In this document: positions 18,579-27,891 of the stretch, one piece after another
How the letters are laid out: every line of letters begins with the position of its first letter
Position numbering within the stretch: position 1 is the stretch's first letter
DNA from: Thermoanaerobaculia bacterium
Lineage (GTDB): Bacteria > Acidobacteriota > Thermoanaerobaculia > Multivoradales > DATKCC01
NCBI GenBank assembly: GCA_033762835.1
Contig: JANRLG010000117.1
Span: 2,201-66,200 of the forward strand
Reading direction: 5' to 3'
Length of the DNA stretch: 64,000 nucleotides
Position numbers and translations under genes: made by a program
The notes under the pieces: model-generated
Database searches by the model: none
Told to the model about the DNA's origin: nothing
The model's input: only the letters and a program-made list of their open reading frames with translations

Positions 18579-20018
18579 GTGACCGTCGCCCCCGTAACGC
18601 TGCCCGTGGCCCCGGCGGTTCCGCGCACGCGGACGCTGGCCCTAGGGTTCATAGCGCCTTTCTTGGGCTGGATCATCGCTCAGGACTGGATCGGCGGTTT
18701 GGCCGCCCTGCTGCTGTGGGCGATCTGGTACTTCTTGCCGCCGATCGAAGGGCCACCGGTGCACTCGCTGGCGCTCACCTTCCAGTGGCTCCAGGTCTGC
18801 CTCGGCGTCTACTACTGGGGCGTGTTCCAGCGCCCGCTCGAAACCGTCACCCAATCCGACTATCGGGTCATGGTCCTGCTGGGACTGGGCTGCGTGGCGG
18901 CCCTGTGGCTGGCTCTCGTGTTGAGCCTGGGAGCCGAGCGGCGCCAAGCGCGTTACGAGCTCACTCGACCGGCCGTCGCGGTGCGCTTGCAGACACTGTT
19001 GTCCGCTTACCTGGTGCTGGTCGGGGCCATGGGCTTCATCCACGCTGTGGCCTGGCGGCTGCCGCTGCTCACCCAAGGCATTCTCGCCCTTTCCTTCCTG
19101 CGTCTCGTCTGCCTGTACCTGCTCTTCCGGCGGCTGAGCGCCGGGCGTATCGAATGGGGCAAGCTCGGCCCGCTCCTCGCTTTCGAGATGTTGCTCGGTT
19201 TCACCGGCTTCTTCGCCGGCTTCCGCGAACCGCTGATGTTGTTCGCCCTAGCGCTGTTCGAACGCTTCGATGCCCGCCGGCTTCGCCACTGGGCGGCGGT
19301 GGGGGTGGCCGGGGTCGCGGCGTTTTTGGCGGGTTTGTTGTGGATGAGCATCCGCACGCCCTACCGCTCGGACTTCCAGATCGACTCCTTCGCCGCCAGC
19401 CGCTCGGAACGGATCGAGAAGATCGGTGACCTGTCCCGCGAGTGGCTCGGCAGCAACCGCGAAGAGTTGCTCATCGACCTCGACTCGCTGGTCGACCGCC
19501 TGTGGGCGGTGTACTACCCCGCCCTGGCGGTGGCGCGGGTGCCCGAGGTGTTGCCCCACGAAAACGGGCGGATCCTCTGGGGCGCGGTCAGACACATCCT
19601 GATGCCGCGGCTGTTCTTCCCCAACAAGCCCTCGCTGCCCTCGGACAGCGAAATGGTCCGCAAGTACTCGGGCAAATGGGTCGCGGGCGAGGAACAAGGG
19701 ACGTCCATCGCCTTCGGATACGCCGCCGAGTCCTACGTCGACTTCGGCGTGCCGCTCATGTTCCTGCCCGTTTTCCTCTGGGGGCTGGTTCTTGGCCGCA
19801 TTTACGCGAAGTTGCGCCACCTCATCTTGCATCGCGAGTTGGCGGTGGGATTGACGACCGTCGTCGTGTGGATGTCGCTTTACATCTTCGAACGCTCCTG
19901 GATCAAGAACCTCGGCTTCTCGCTGACGCTGGTGATCTACCTGGGCGGCGCGGTGTTTCTGATCGACCGCTTCCTGTTCGCCGAACGCCGGCGACTCCGG
20001 GGCGCCCGGATCGGGTGA
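18579..20018 (+). CDS. Multi-pass membrane protein, possible Wzy-like polysaccharide polymerase
   Basis: About 11-12 hydrophobic segments, large periplasmic loop, ILMPRLFFPNKP and ESYVDFG; sits between two GTs; GTG 18579 is 7 nt after TACCAT. Confidence 0.6.
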   Translation: MTVAPVTLPVAPAVPRTRTLALGFIAPFLGWIIAQDWIGGLAALLLWAIWYFLPPIEGPPVHSLALTFQWLQVCLGVYYWGVFQRPLETVTQSDYRVMVLLGLGCVAALWLALVLSLGAERRQARYELTRPAVAVRLQTLLSAYLVLVGAMGFIHAVAWRLPLLTQGILALSFLRLVCLYLLFRRLSAGRIEWGKLGPLLAFEMLLGFTGFFAGFREPLMLFALALFERFDARRLRHWAAVGVAGVAAFLAGLLWMSIRTPYRSDFQIDSFAASRSERIEKIGDLSREWLGSNREELLIDLDSLVDRLWAVYYPALAVARVPEVLPHENGRILWGAVRHILMPRLFFPNKPSLPSDSEMVRKYSGKWVAGEEQGTSIAFGYAAESYVDFGVPLMFLPVFLWGLVLGRIYAKLRHLILHRELAVGLTTVVVWMSLYIFERSWIKNLGFSLTLVIYLGGAVFLIDRFLFAERRRLRGARIG

Positions 20019-20021
20019 CCG

Positions 20022-21191
20022 TTGAAGCTGCTCCTGGTTTCCCTCTACTTCCATCCCGCCCGGCGTTACGGCGGCCCCGTGGCTTCGACCTGGGGACTGG
20101 CCCGCGGTCTCGCGGCCGAGGGAGTGGACGTACGGGTGCTGACGACCGACGCCGACGGCCCCGGGCGATTGGCCGTGCCGCGCGGCTGGCAACCGCTGGC
20201 GCCGCACCTCGCGGTCCGCTACGCGCCGCGCCGGCTCTCCGAGCTCGTGGCCCCGGGGTGGCTGGTGAGTTTGCCGCGGGAGATCGCGCGGGCCGATGGA
20301 GTCCACGTTTCGGGCCTGCTGGTCTGGGCGTTGCCGTACGTCGCGGTGCTCTGCCGGCTGCTCGGAAAACCCCTGGTGATCTCTCCGCGGGGCATGTTGA
20401 TGGCCGAGGCGCTGGGCGTCAAGGCGGTCAAGAAGGCGCCGTTTCTGGCTCTGCTGCGGGCCCTCGGCGTGGGTCGCCGGGCCTGGTTCCACGCCACGGC
20501 CAAGAGCGAAGCCGAGGCCATCGCGCAGGCTTTCCCAGGCGCGCGAATCACCCTTGTCGGCAACGGCGTCGAACTCCCCGACCCGGGCGAGAAGCGGGAC
20601 CGGCCCCCGGGGATACCGGCCGGCGAGTACCTGCTCTACCTCGGTCGCCTCCACCCGTTCAAGGGCCTCGACGTGATTCTCGAAGCCTTCGCCCAGGCTG
20701 AGCTCGGAGCCACCCGGCTGGTGCTCGCGGGAACCGGCGAGCCGGCCTATCACGACGCCCTCGTGCGTGACGCCCAAGAACTCGGCATCGCCGACCGGGT
20801 GTTGTTTCCAGGCGAAGTCGAAGGCCCAGGGAAAGCCGCGTGGCTGACTCACGCCGCGGGCCTCGTGCTCGCTTCCCGATCCGAGAACTTCGGCGTCGCC
20901 GTGGCCGAGGCACTGGCCCACGGCACGCCCGCCGTGGTCACCACCAGCGCGCCCTGGGAGGGCCTCGTCATCCACCGTGCCGGCTTCTGGGTGGCGCCCG
21001 AAGAACTGGCCGCCGGGCTCCGGCAGCTGATGGCCCTCCCAGCTGCGGAACGCCGGGCGATGGGCGAGCGAGGCCGAGCGTGGGTGACGGCGACGTACGG
21101 CTGGCCGGCCGTGGCGCGATCGATGATGGCGCTCTACGCCGAAGCCTTCGGAGAGGAGCCGCCCGTCGGATCGAGACGGCGAACGTCGTAG
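20022..21191 (+). CDS. GT4 (GT-B) glycosyltransferase
   Basis: YFHPARRYGGP, YLGRLHPFKG, SRSENFGVAVAEALAHGTP (EX7E). Confidence 0.9.
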   Translation: MKLLLVSLYFHPARRYGGPVASTWGLARGLAAEGVDVRVLTTDADGPGRLAVPRGWQPLAPHLAVRYAPRRLSELVAPGWLVSLPREIARADGVHVSGLLVWALPYVAVLCRLLGKPLVISPRGMLMAEALGVKAVKKAPFLALLRALGVGRRAWFHATAKSEAEAIAQAFPGARITLVGNGVELPDPGEKRDRPPGIPAGEYLLYLGRLHPFKGLDVILEAFAQAELGATRLVLAGTGEPAYHDALVRDAQELGIADRVLFPGEVEGPGKAAWLTHAAGLVLASRSENFGVAVAEALAHGTPAVVTTSAPWEGLVIHRAGFWVAPEELAAGLRQLMALPAAERRAMGERGRAWVTATYGWPAVARSMMALYAEAFGEEPPVGSRRRTS

Positions 21192-21553
21192 GCCTCCAGG
21201 GCGGAGTCGACGGTGACCAGGGTCAAGCCGAGCCGTCTGGCCTGACAGACCAGCAGGCGGTCGAACGGATCGCGGTGGTGCATGGGCAGCTCACTGACTG
21301 CGACAGCCTCGGCGAGCTCGATCGTCAACACCTCGATACCTTGAGCAGCGCAACGGCTGGGGACATAGCTTCCGGGGGGTTCTGGCAAAGGCAACTTGCC
21401 GAGGCCAAACTTGATGGCGATTTCCCAGGCGCTCGCGACGGACAGGTAGAGCCGAGTTCCGGGTGCGCCGAAATCGACCAGCACCTCGGGGCGAAGCCGC
21501 TCGGGAGACACCTGCAACCAAAGCCAGACCTGCGTGTCGAGCAGGTATCTCAC
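21134..21553 (-). CDS. vapC: VapC family PIN-domain toxin
   Basis: YLLDTQVWLW, SVASAWEIAIK, HHRDPFDRLL, TVD. Confidence 0.93.
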   Translation of the reverse strand: MRYLLDTQVWLWLQVSPERLRPEVLVDFGAPGTRLYLSVASAWEIAIKFGLGKLPLPEPPGSYVPSRCAAQGIEVLTIELAEAVAVSELPMHHRDPFDRLLVCQARRLGLTLVTVDSALEAYDVRRLDPTGGSSPKASA

Positions 21554-21777
21554 GACCCTTCGAAGCTCCGTAACACATCCTCCGGCAGCGGCGCATCGAA
21601 GTCTTCCGGTACCGTGAAGCGCCCGCGGTCTTGGCCGAACTGCCGAGGGCGCGCTTCGGTATACGGCACTAGGCGAGCGATCGGACGGGAACCACGGGCG
21701 ATGACGATTTCCTCGCCGGCTTCGACGCGCTGGAGGAGTTTCGACAGGTGGGTCTTGGCTTGGTGTACGGTCGTCAT
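21550..21777 (-). CDS. Phd/YefM family antitoxin
   Basis: MTTVHQAKTHLSKLLQRVEAGEEIVIARGSRPIARLVP...PEDFDAPLPED; 4-bp overlap with vapC. Confidence 0.9.
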   Translation of the reverse strand: MTTVHQAKTHLSKLLQRVEAGEEIVIARGSRPIARLVPYTEARPRQFGQDRGRFTVPEDFDAPLPEDVLRSFEGS

Positions 21778-21783
21778 GACGCC

Positions 21784-21812
21784 ATGCTGAACTAGACCCT
21801 GGACTAAGTCAA
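21784..21812 (-). promoter_or_regulatory. Leaderless sigma70 promoter of TA operon 2 with palindromic operator in the spacer
   Basis: TTGACT-N17(TAGTCCAGGGTCTAGTT)-CAGCAT, 6 nt, ATG; the spacer holds imperfect palindrome TAGTCC-AG-GGTCTA. Confidence 0.65.
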
Positions 21813-21868
21813 GGCAACTCCCGCCGCCGCCTGGGGAAAGGGACCGACCTGCGATAACTTCCCCCGCC

Positions 21869-23266
21869 ATGGCCCCTGCTCCTTTCAGCGCTGAAGTCCG
21901 CCGCCTAGCCGTGTTGGCCCTGCCGCTCGTGATTTCGCAGGTGGGTTCCATGATGCTCTGGGTGGTCGACGTGTTGATGGTCGGCCGCCTCAGCGTCGAG
22001 GCCCTCGATGCCGCTTCCTTGGGGCGCCTGTGGGTCATGGGCACGATGATCCTGGCCATGGGGATGATGCTCGGCCTCGACCCTATCGCCACGCAGGCCC
22101 ACGGTGCCGGGGATCGCGCGCGGCTGGTGCGGGTGGGCTGGAACGGCCTGGGGGCGGCTCTCGGGATCACCCCGATCTTGGCGGTGTTGTGGCTCGCGAC
22201 GGCGCCGGTCCTCGAGTTGCTGGGCCAAAGTCCCGAGATCGCCGCGGCAGCGGCCAGCTTCGTGCACGTCCAGATCCCCGGCATTCCGTGTTTCCTGGGC
22301 TACATCGTGCTGCGCCACTGGCTCCAGGCCCAGGGCATCATGCGGCCGCTGATCCTGGTCACGTTGGCGGCCAACGTCGTGAACTTCGGGGGCAACTGGC
22401 TGTTGATCTACGGCAAGCTCGGCTTGCCGGCCTTGGGCGTCGTCGGCTCGGGACTCTCGACCTGCATCACGATGGTCTTTCTCTTCGTGGGCGCGGCCCT
22501 CGTGGTCCGCGTCCTCGACCGCGAGCGCCGCGAGTGGCACCGGCCCCACTGGCGCGAGATCTTCGACCCCGCGGCCATCGGTCGCATCCTGCGCCTCGGC
22601 TTGCCCGTCGGCGTGCAGTTCGGCCTCGAGTACTGGGCCTTCGGCGTGTCGATGTTGTGGGCCGGCTGGCTGGGCCTCCAAGAGCTCGCCGGTCACACCA
22701 TCGCGATCAATCTGGCGTCCCTGGCCTTCACCCTGCCGATGGGCATCTCTTTCGCCACGGTCACCCGGGTCGGTAACCAACTCGGCGCCGGGGACCCGCC
22801 GGGGGCGCAGCGGGCGGCCTGGGCGTCAGCGGTCTTGACCCTGGGTGTCATGGGTGGAATCGCGGGGATCTTCGTGCTCGGCCGGGTAGCTCTGCCCGGA
22901 ATCTACACCGCGGACCCGGTGGTCCTCGCACTCGCCGCCGGGGTGATGCCGATCGCCGCGGCCTTCCAGCTCTTCGACGGGCTCCAGGCCATCGGTGGCG
23001 GAATCCTGCGGGGCATGGGCCGGACGATTCCAGCCGCGGTGTTCAACCTTCTGGGATACTGGACCTTGGGCCTGCCTCTAGGCTGGTGGCTGACGTTCCG
23101 CGCGGGCTGGGGCCTCCCCGGCTTGTGGTGGGGACTGACCGCGGGGCTCGCCGCGGTCGCCGCCTTGCTGATGGCCTGGATCGCCTGGCGCGGCCCGGCG
23201 ACGATGGTCGTTGCTCCGGCCGGAGCGGGCCACTACCCTGACGACTCTCGAGGAACCCACGAATGA
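21869..23266 (+). CDS. MATE family efflux transporter (NorM-like)
   Basis: 12 TM, LALPLVISQ, VDVLMVGRL, LGLPVGVQFGLE, RVGNQLGA, FQLFDGLQ. Confidence 0.92.
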   Translation: MAPAPFSAEVRRLAVLALPLVISQVGSMMLWVVDVLMVGRLSVEALDAASLGRLWVMGTMILAMGMMLGLDPIATQAHGAGDRARLVRVGWNGLGAALGITPILAVLWLATAPVLELLGQSPEIAAAAASFVHVQIPGIPCFLGYIVLRHWLQAQGIMRPLILVTLAANVVNFGGNWLLIYGKLGLPALGVVGSGLSTCITMVFLFVGAALVVRVLDRERREWHRPHWREIFDPAAIGRILRLGLPVGVQFGLEYWAFGVSMLWAGWLGLQELAGHTIAINLASLAFTLPMGISFATVTRVGNQLGAGDPPGAQRAAWASAVLTLGVMGGIAGIFVLGRVALPGIYTADPVVLALAAGVMPIAAAFQLFDGLQAIGGGILRGMGRTIPAAVFNLLGYWTLGLPLGWWLTFRAGWGLPGLWWGLTAGLAAVAALLMAWIAWRGPATMVVAPAGAGHYPDDSRGTHE

Positions 23267-25044
23267 ACCGCTGGTTGCCCACGCTCCTGATCGCCTTGAT
23301 GCCGGCGGCTGCCCTCGGGCAGGACGCCGCCCCCTCGCGCCTCGCCCGCCACCTGCCCGCGGCCGAAAAGACCCTCGAGGCGAACCGGGAGCGCAGCGGC
23401 CCCGTGGCCTTTTCAGCCTTCTGGCGGGCGCTTTACGAATCGGCCCTGTTTTCCGGAGACGAAGGACTGGCCGACGCCCTCGGCGGTGTCACTCCGGCGA
23501 TTACCATCGACCCCATCGGCCGCCGCCTCGCCGGCGAGGTGTTGCGCAGCTATCTGCAGGGCCGATACGGCGCCGCGCTGATGGCGGACCTGCGCACGAT
23601 GATCACGTTTCAGACCTACGCCCAGGAGGGCCGCGAGAACTGGGACCTGCCCGAGTTCGTGCGCCAGCGGGAATGGCTGCAAGCGCGCGCCGCAAGCCTC
23701 GGCCTGACGTTTCGCAGCGTCGACGGCCGGGTCGAAGAGATCACCTTGCCGCGCACCGAGCGAGGCCCGCGGCCCGAGGTCGTCGATTCGATCGGCTTGC
23801 TCACCCACGGCGACGTCCAGGGTGTTGCCGGCCAGGAGTGGTCGTCGCCACCCTTCGCCGCCGAAATCGTCGGCGACCGGGTGATCGGCCGCGGCAGCGA
23901 AGACGACAAAGGGCCGATCATCGCCGCCCTGTACAGTCTCGTGGCCTTGACCGACACCGGTTGGGTCCGGCCCCACGACATACGCCTGCTGATCGCCAAT
24001 GCCGAGGAATCGAGCTGGGAGGAAATCGCTTACTACCTGGCGCGGAATCCGCCGCCCACGGTCACCCTCGGGCTCGACGCTGCCTATCCGGTGACCCACG
24101 CCCAGAAGGGTTACGGCGTCGTCACCGTGCGCGCCGAGGCAGGCGCCCCGGGCACCGGCGGGCCGCTCGCCGCCGGATTGCCGCGGTGGCGGCTGCTGCA
24201 AGCCGGCGGCGGCTCCGGCCTGTCGATCATCCCGGAGCGCGGCGAGGCCTACCTGCTGCCGCCGGGAACCCTCTCGGCGGATCTTTCAACGGCCCGTGCC
24301 GCACTCGAAGAAAAGGTGGCCGCCTGGTTGGCGAGCCATCCCGAGGCGCAGATCGAGGTCGGCATCGATTGGCCGGTGCTGAAGCTCACCGCCGTCGGCC
24401 GGGGCGGACATTCCTCGGCTCCCGAGTCCGGCCACAACGCGCTCGGCGACTTGGTGGCCTTCCTCGCGACCCTCGACCTCGAGCTCGACCCCTGGGGTTC
24501 CCTGGTCACCTTCCTCGGGCGCCACGTGGGTACCGAGACCGACGGCGCGTCGCTCGGCTTGCGCCATCAGCACCCCGTCCTCGGACCGCTGACGGTGAGC
24601 CTGGCATTTCTCGAAACCGTCGACGCGGTGCCCCAGGCGCGGCTCAACACCCGGGTGCCCACCGGCCTGTCCGCCGCGGAGCACGACCGCCGGGTGCGCA
24701 CTCCAGCCGAGACCTTCACGAAGAAAACCGGCGCCCGCGTGACGGCCACGGCGGCTTTGCTCTCCGAGCCCCACCTGGTGCCGACCGAAGGCGCCCTGGT
24801 GTCGTCGCTCCTGGCGGTGTGGCAGGAGGTCACCGGCAAGCCCGGCAAGCCGGTGGCGATCGGCGGCGGCACCCAGGCCCGGCTCTTCCCCGGCGGCGTG
24901 GACTTCGGCCCGGCCGAGGACATGGTCCACTATCGCGGCCACGGCACCGACGAGTACCTGACCCGGGCGGAGCTCGAGCGCATCGCCGCCCTGACCGCCA
25001 CGGCGCTGCTGCGCCTGCAATCGGGGCCGCTGCCGAGGCCGTGA
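23263..25044 (+). CDS. Secreted M20 family (PepV/Sapep-like) metallopeptidase
   Basis: Signal peptide; THGDV, GRGSEDDKGP, NAEES, LDA, GGGTQAR, HGTDE metal/catalytic motifs. Confidence 0.85.
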   Translation: MNRWLPTLLIALMPAAALGQDAAPSRLARHLPAAEKTLEANRERSGPVAFSAFWRALYESALFSGDEGLADALGGVTPAITIDPIGRRLAGEVLRSYLQGRYGAALMADLRTMITFQTYAQEGRENWDLPEFVRQREWLQARAASLGLTFRSVDGRVEEITLPRTERGPRPEVVDSIGLLTHGDVQGVAGQEWSSPPFAAEIVGDRVIGRGSEDDKGPIIAALYSLVALTDTGWVRPHDIRLLIANAEESSWEEIAYYLARNPPPTVTLGLDAAYPVTHAQKGYGVVTVRAEAGAPGTGGPLAAGLPRWRLLQAGGGSGLSIIPERGEAYLLPPGTLSADLSTARAALEEKVAAWLASHPEAQIEVGIDWPVLKLTAVGRGGHSSAPESGHNALGDLVAFLATLDLELDPWGSLVTFLGRHVGTETDGASLGLRHQHPVLGPLTVSLAFLETVDAVPQARLNTRVPTGLSAAEHDRRVRTPAETFTKKTGARVTATAALLSEPHLVPTEGALVSSLLAVWQEVTGKPGKPVAIGGGTQARLFPGGVDFGPAEDMVHYRGHGTDEYLTRAELERIAALTATALLRLQSGPLPRP

Positions 25045-25114
25045 ACCGGCACCCGCGGACCCGGGAGGGTCGTGGTAGCCTCTGCCCCGTTCTGACGCCT
25101 CAGGAGGTTCTCGG

Positions 25115-26455
25115 ATGAAACGCTCGGTATCGACCTGGCTCGTCTCCTGCGTTCTGCTGACCCTTCCCGTCTTCGCCGAGGACCCGGTCGCCCCGGAACC
25201 CGACGCTGGCCCCGATCTCCAGTTCGGAGTCGAAGCCAAGGCCCATTTCCGATCGAGTGACGACAACCGTTTCCCCGTGGCCTTTTTCCCCGCGGCCGCC
25301 GGAGTCTTCCAGGAGACCGTTTCTCCTGGCGAACACTTCGAGGTTTCGACCTTGACCCTGTTCGCGGACCTGACCTGGGGCGAGACCGTGACCGGTCTCG
25401 CCAAGGTCGACATCGTCGATCTCTACGACCGCAACCCCACCTCGGAGGATCGCCAGGTCGACATCGACGAGGTGTGGCTGCGTTTCGGCCGGGAGACCCA
25501 GCCGGCGATGCTCCCCGAGCGCCCAGGGGTCTACCTGAAGCTGGGCAAGATGTCCAAGTTCGAACGCCAGGACGACCGCCATCTCGAAAGTTACGGCCTG
25601 GTCTCGACCGCCTTCAACCGGTTCGAGGACGCCGGCGTCGAGCTGGGTGTCGATCTCGGGCGTTACGTCTATCTGAAAGCCACCGCCACCCAAGGCAACC
25701 CGGTGTTCCTGCGCGACCCGAATGCCCTGGCGGGCGACAACGGCACGCCACGCCGGGTCAGCCTGCCCGTGGGGCCGGATCTCGGCTCGGGCTTTCCGAT
25801 CTTCTACGACGCCGAGATCGAGGGCTTGGATGTCGATGGCGAGCTCGAAACCGGCGCCGGCCTCGGCTTCCGCCTGGCGGATCCGACCGGCGACCGCGGC
25901 ATCGACGTCTTGGTTTGGGGCTACCAACGCACCCTCGCCGAAACGGTCAAGCTCGAGGGCACGATCTACGGCGGCGATCTCGACCTGCTCGACGGCCCCA
26001 CGGGCAACGAGGGTTCACCCTCGCTCCGCGGGGACGACAAAGAGGAGTTCGGCGCCAACCTCTGGCTTTACCTGCGAGGCCTGACGGTGTTCCTCCAGTA
26101 CGCCGACCAGGAGCTGGCCGGGCTCCCGCGCACGGGCCTCGAGGGCGAGGTCGCCTGGAGCTTCGAGTTGCCCCTGCGTTGGGCCGTGGGCGGCTCCCAG
26201 CTGTTCCCCTTCATCCAGCCCGCCGTGCGCTATTCGAAGCTCGACAACGACTTCGTCAACCGCGGCGGCGGCGTCGACAAGTCGTTTCCCGCCCCGTCGG
26301 TCCAATGGGACTGGGAGAAGCTCGACGTCGGCGTGCGCCTCGGCATCCTCGACGGCATCGACTTGACGCTCGAGTACGCCGCCAACCGCATGAGCACGGC
26401 CCGCGGTGAAATCGACAACGACGAGGTGTTGACGACCCTGCGCTGGTCGATGTGA
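25115..26455 (+). CDS. Putative outer-membrane beta-barrel/porin-like protein
   Basis: RBS AGGAGG, signal peptide, many alternating amphipathic strands, DEVWLRFGR, GKMSKFER; no clear family. Confidence 0.5.
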   Translation: MKRSVSTWLVSCVLLTLPVFAEDPVAPEPDAGPDLQFGVEAKAHFRSSDDNRFPVAFFPAAAGVFQETVSPGEHFEVSTLTLFADLTWGETVTGLAKVDIVDLYDRNPTSEDRQVDIDEVWLRFGRETQPAMLPERPGVYLKLGKMSKFERQDDRHLESYGLVSTAFNRFEDAGVELGVDLGRYVYLKATATQGNPVFLRDPNALAGDNGTPRRVSLPVGPDLGSGFPIFYDAEIEGLDVDGELETGAGLGFRLADPTGDRGIDVLVWGYQRTLAETVKLEGTIYGGDLDLLDGPTGNEGSPSLRGDDKEEFGANLWLYLRGLTVFLQYADQELAGLPRTGLEGEVAWSFELPLRWAVGGSQLFPFIQPAVRYSKLDNDFVNRGGGVDKSFPAPSVQWDWEKLDVGVRLGILDGIDLTLEYAANRMSTARGEIDNDEVLTTLRWSM

Positions 26456-26520
26456 CGGCCCACCAGAAGAATGCCTGGCGCTAGGCAGCGGTCGGGCTCG
26501 TCCCGACCGTCCTGGTCAGG

Positions 26521-27792
26521 TCAGGGCTCGTCGCTGCGCCGGAACGGACCGACCAGCTCGTGGGCGGAGCCGCCCCGGCGCACTTCGCGGCTGAGCTCGG
26601 TGAGTAACTGCAGGGTGACCGACTTGTGCTCGGCGGCCTGGTGGAAGAGAGCCAGGGCCGCCAGCAGATCCGGCTGGACGTCGAGGGTCGCGAAGACCAT
26701 CGCGATCTCGCGGGCGAACACCGCGGTGTCGTCGGCGCGCCCCGCCTGGAGGTAGAGCACCGCAAGGTCGAGGGCGGCGAGGGCGGCGTCGAAGGGCAAA
26801 CGCTCCGCGACGAAGCCGTCGACGACCCGGCGCAGGGCCAGGGCCGCCAGCTCCTCGCGCCCGCGATCGCGGTGGATCAGTGCGGATACCCACAGCAGCC
26901 GCAGATGATCGAGCCGGTTGCCGAGCCCCCGGGCCAGACGGCGGGCCTCGGGCAGCAGTGCGCGCGCCTCGTCGGTGCGCCCGAGGGCGGACAGGTAGAG
27001 AGCACGGTTCTTCGCGAGCACGAAACGCAGGTGGGGCTCGCGGTGGCCGTCGATGCAAGCGGCGGCCGACTCGATCAGCTCGAGCGCCGCCGCGGGTTCG
27101 TCCAGGCAGTAGCGCAGCAAGGCGAGACCGATCAGGCCTCGACCCTCGAGATGGCGATCCCCGATGTCACGGTAGATCCCGATCACTCTGCGCAGCAGAC
27201 GTTCGGCCTCGTCGAACCGCCGCCGCGCCCGCGCCAAGGACGCCCGCAGCTCGAGCAGACCGGCCAACTCGCTGGCGTCTCCAGTTCCCGCCTGAAGCAG
27301 CGCACCCGCCCGCCGGAAAGCCTCCTCGGAGCGGTCGAACTCGGAGCGGATGCGCCGCGCATTCGCCACATGGGCCCAGGCGCGGGCCTGGAAGTCGTGG
27401 ACGAGGGCCTCCGGATAGACGTTCGCGGGCAGATGATCGAGCACGGCCAAGGCGAGCTCAGCGTAGCGTTCGGCCTCGGACTCGTCTTCGGTCCAGGCCC
27501 GTCGCCCGAGATCCAGCAAGACCTCGGCGACCCCCAGCGTTTGGAAGCAGGCACGATGGGTGACGAGCACGAAACGCCGCGGCCAGGGGTGCTCGCCCAG
27601 CTCCGCCACCCGCCCCGAGGCGTCCGCCCGATCGCGGAGAATTCGGTGATCGAGGGACGGCAGGGCGTCACAGGCGCGTCGAAAGGCCTGGCCGTAGATT
27701 TCGGGACGAAGCCGCACCGAGCCCCCCGGACCTACTTTGCGGGCCTGGGAGCCCCTTGTACCGAAGCGTTTCGAGCGCCAAACATCGATCAT
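26521..27792 (-). CDS. TPR-like all-helical protein, paralog A (start ATG 27792 with RBS GGTGGAG; track start 27870)
   Basis: Repeated helix pairs ARAWAHVANARRI, RRFDEAERLL, LRLLWVSAL, FDAALAALDLAVLYLQAGR; paralog at 61638-62984. Confidence 0.8.
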   Translation of the reverse strand: MIDVWRSKRFGTRGSQARKVGPGGSVRLRPEIYGQAFRRACDALPSLDHRILRDRADASGRVAELGEHPWPRRFVLVTHRACFQTLGVAEVLLDLGRRAWTEDESEAERYAELALAVLDHLPANVYPEALVHDFQARAWAHVANARRIRSEFDRSEEAFRRAGALLQAGTGDASELAGLLELRASLARARRRFDEAERLLRRVIGIYRDIGDRHLEGRGLIGLALLRYCLDEPAAALELIESAAACIDGHREPHLRFVLAKNRALYLSALGRTDEARALLPEARRLARGLGNRLDHLRLLWVSALIHRDRGREELAALALRRVVDGFVAERLPFDAALAALDLAVLYLQAGRADDTAVFAREIAMVFATLDVQPDLLAALALFHQAAEHKSVTLQLLTELSREVRRGGSAHELVGPFRRSDEP

Positions 27793-27836
27793 CACGACTC
27801 CACCGTCTTGCCCCGTTCGCCGGCATGACGTTTCAA

Positions 27837-27884
27837 ACAATAGTGCAATCAATGAATCTTGTCGAGACAAAGTATTCCCGGGAA
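27837..27884 (-). promoter_or_regulatory. Internal sigma70-like promoter of TPR gene A with two palindromes
   Basis: TCGACA (27865-27860), N17, TATTGT (27842-27837); TTGTC-N2-GACAA (27859-27870) overlaps the -35; TTCCCGGGAA at 27875-27884. Confidence 0.55.
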
Positions 27885-27891
27885 CTCTCGC

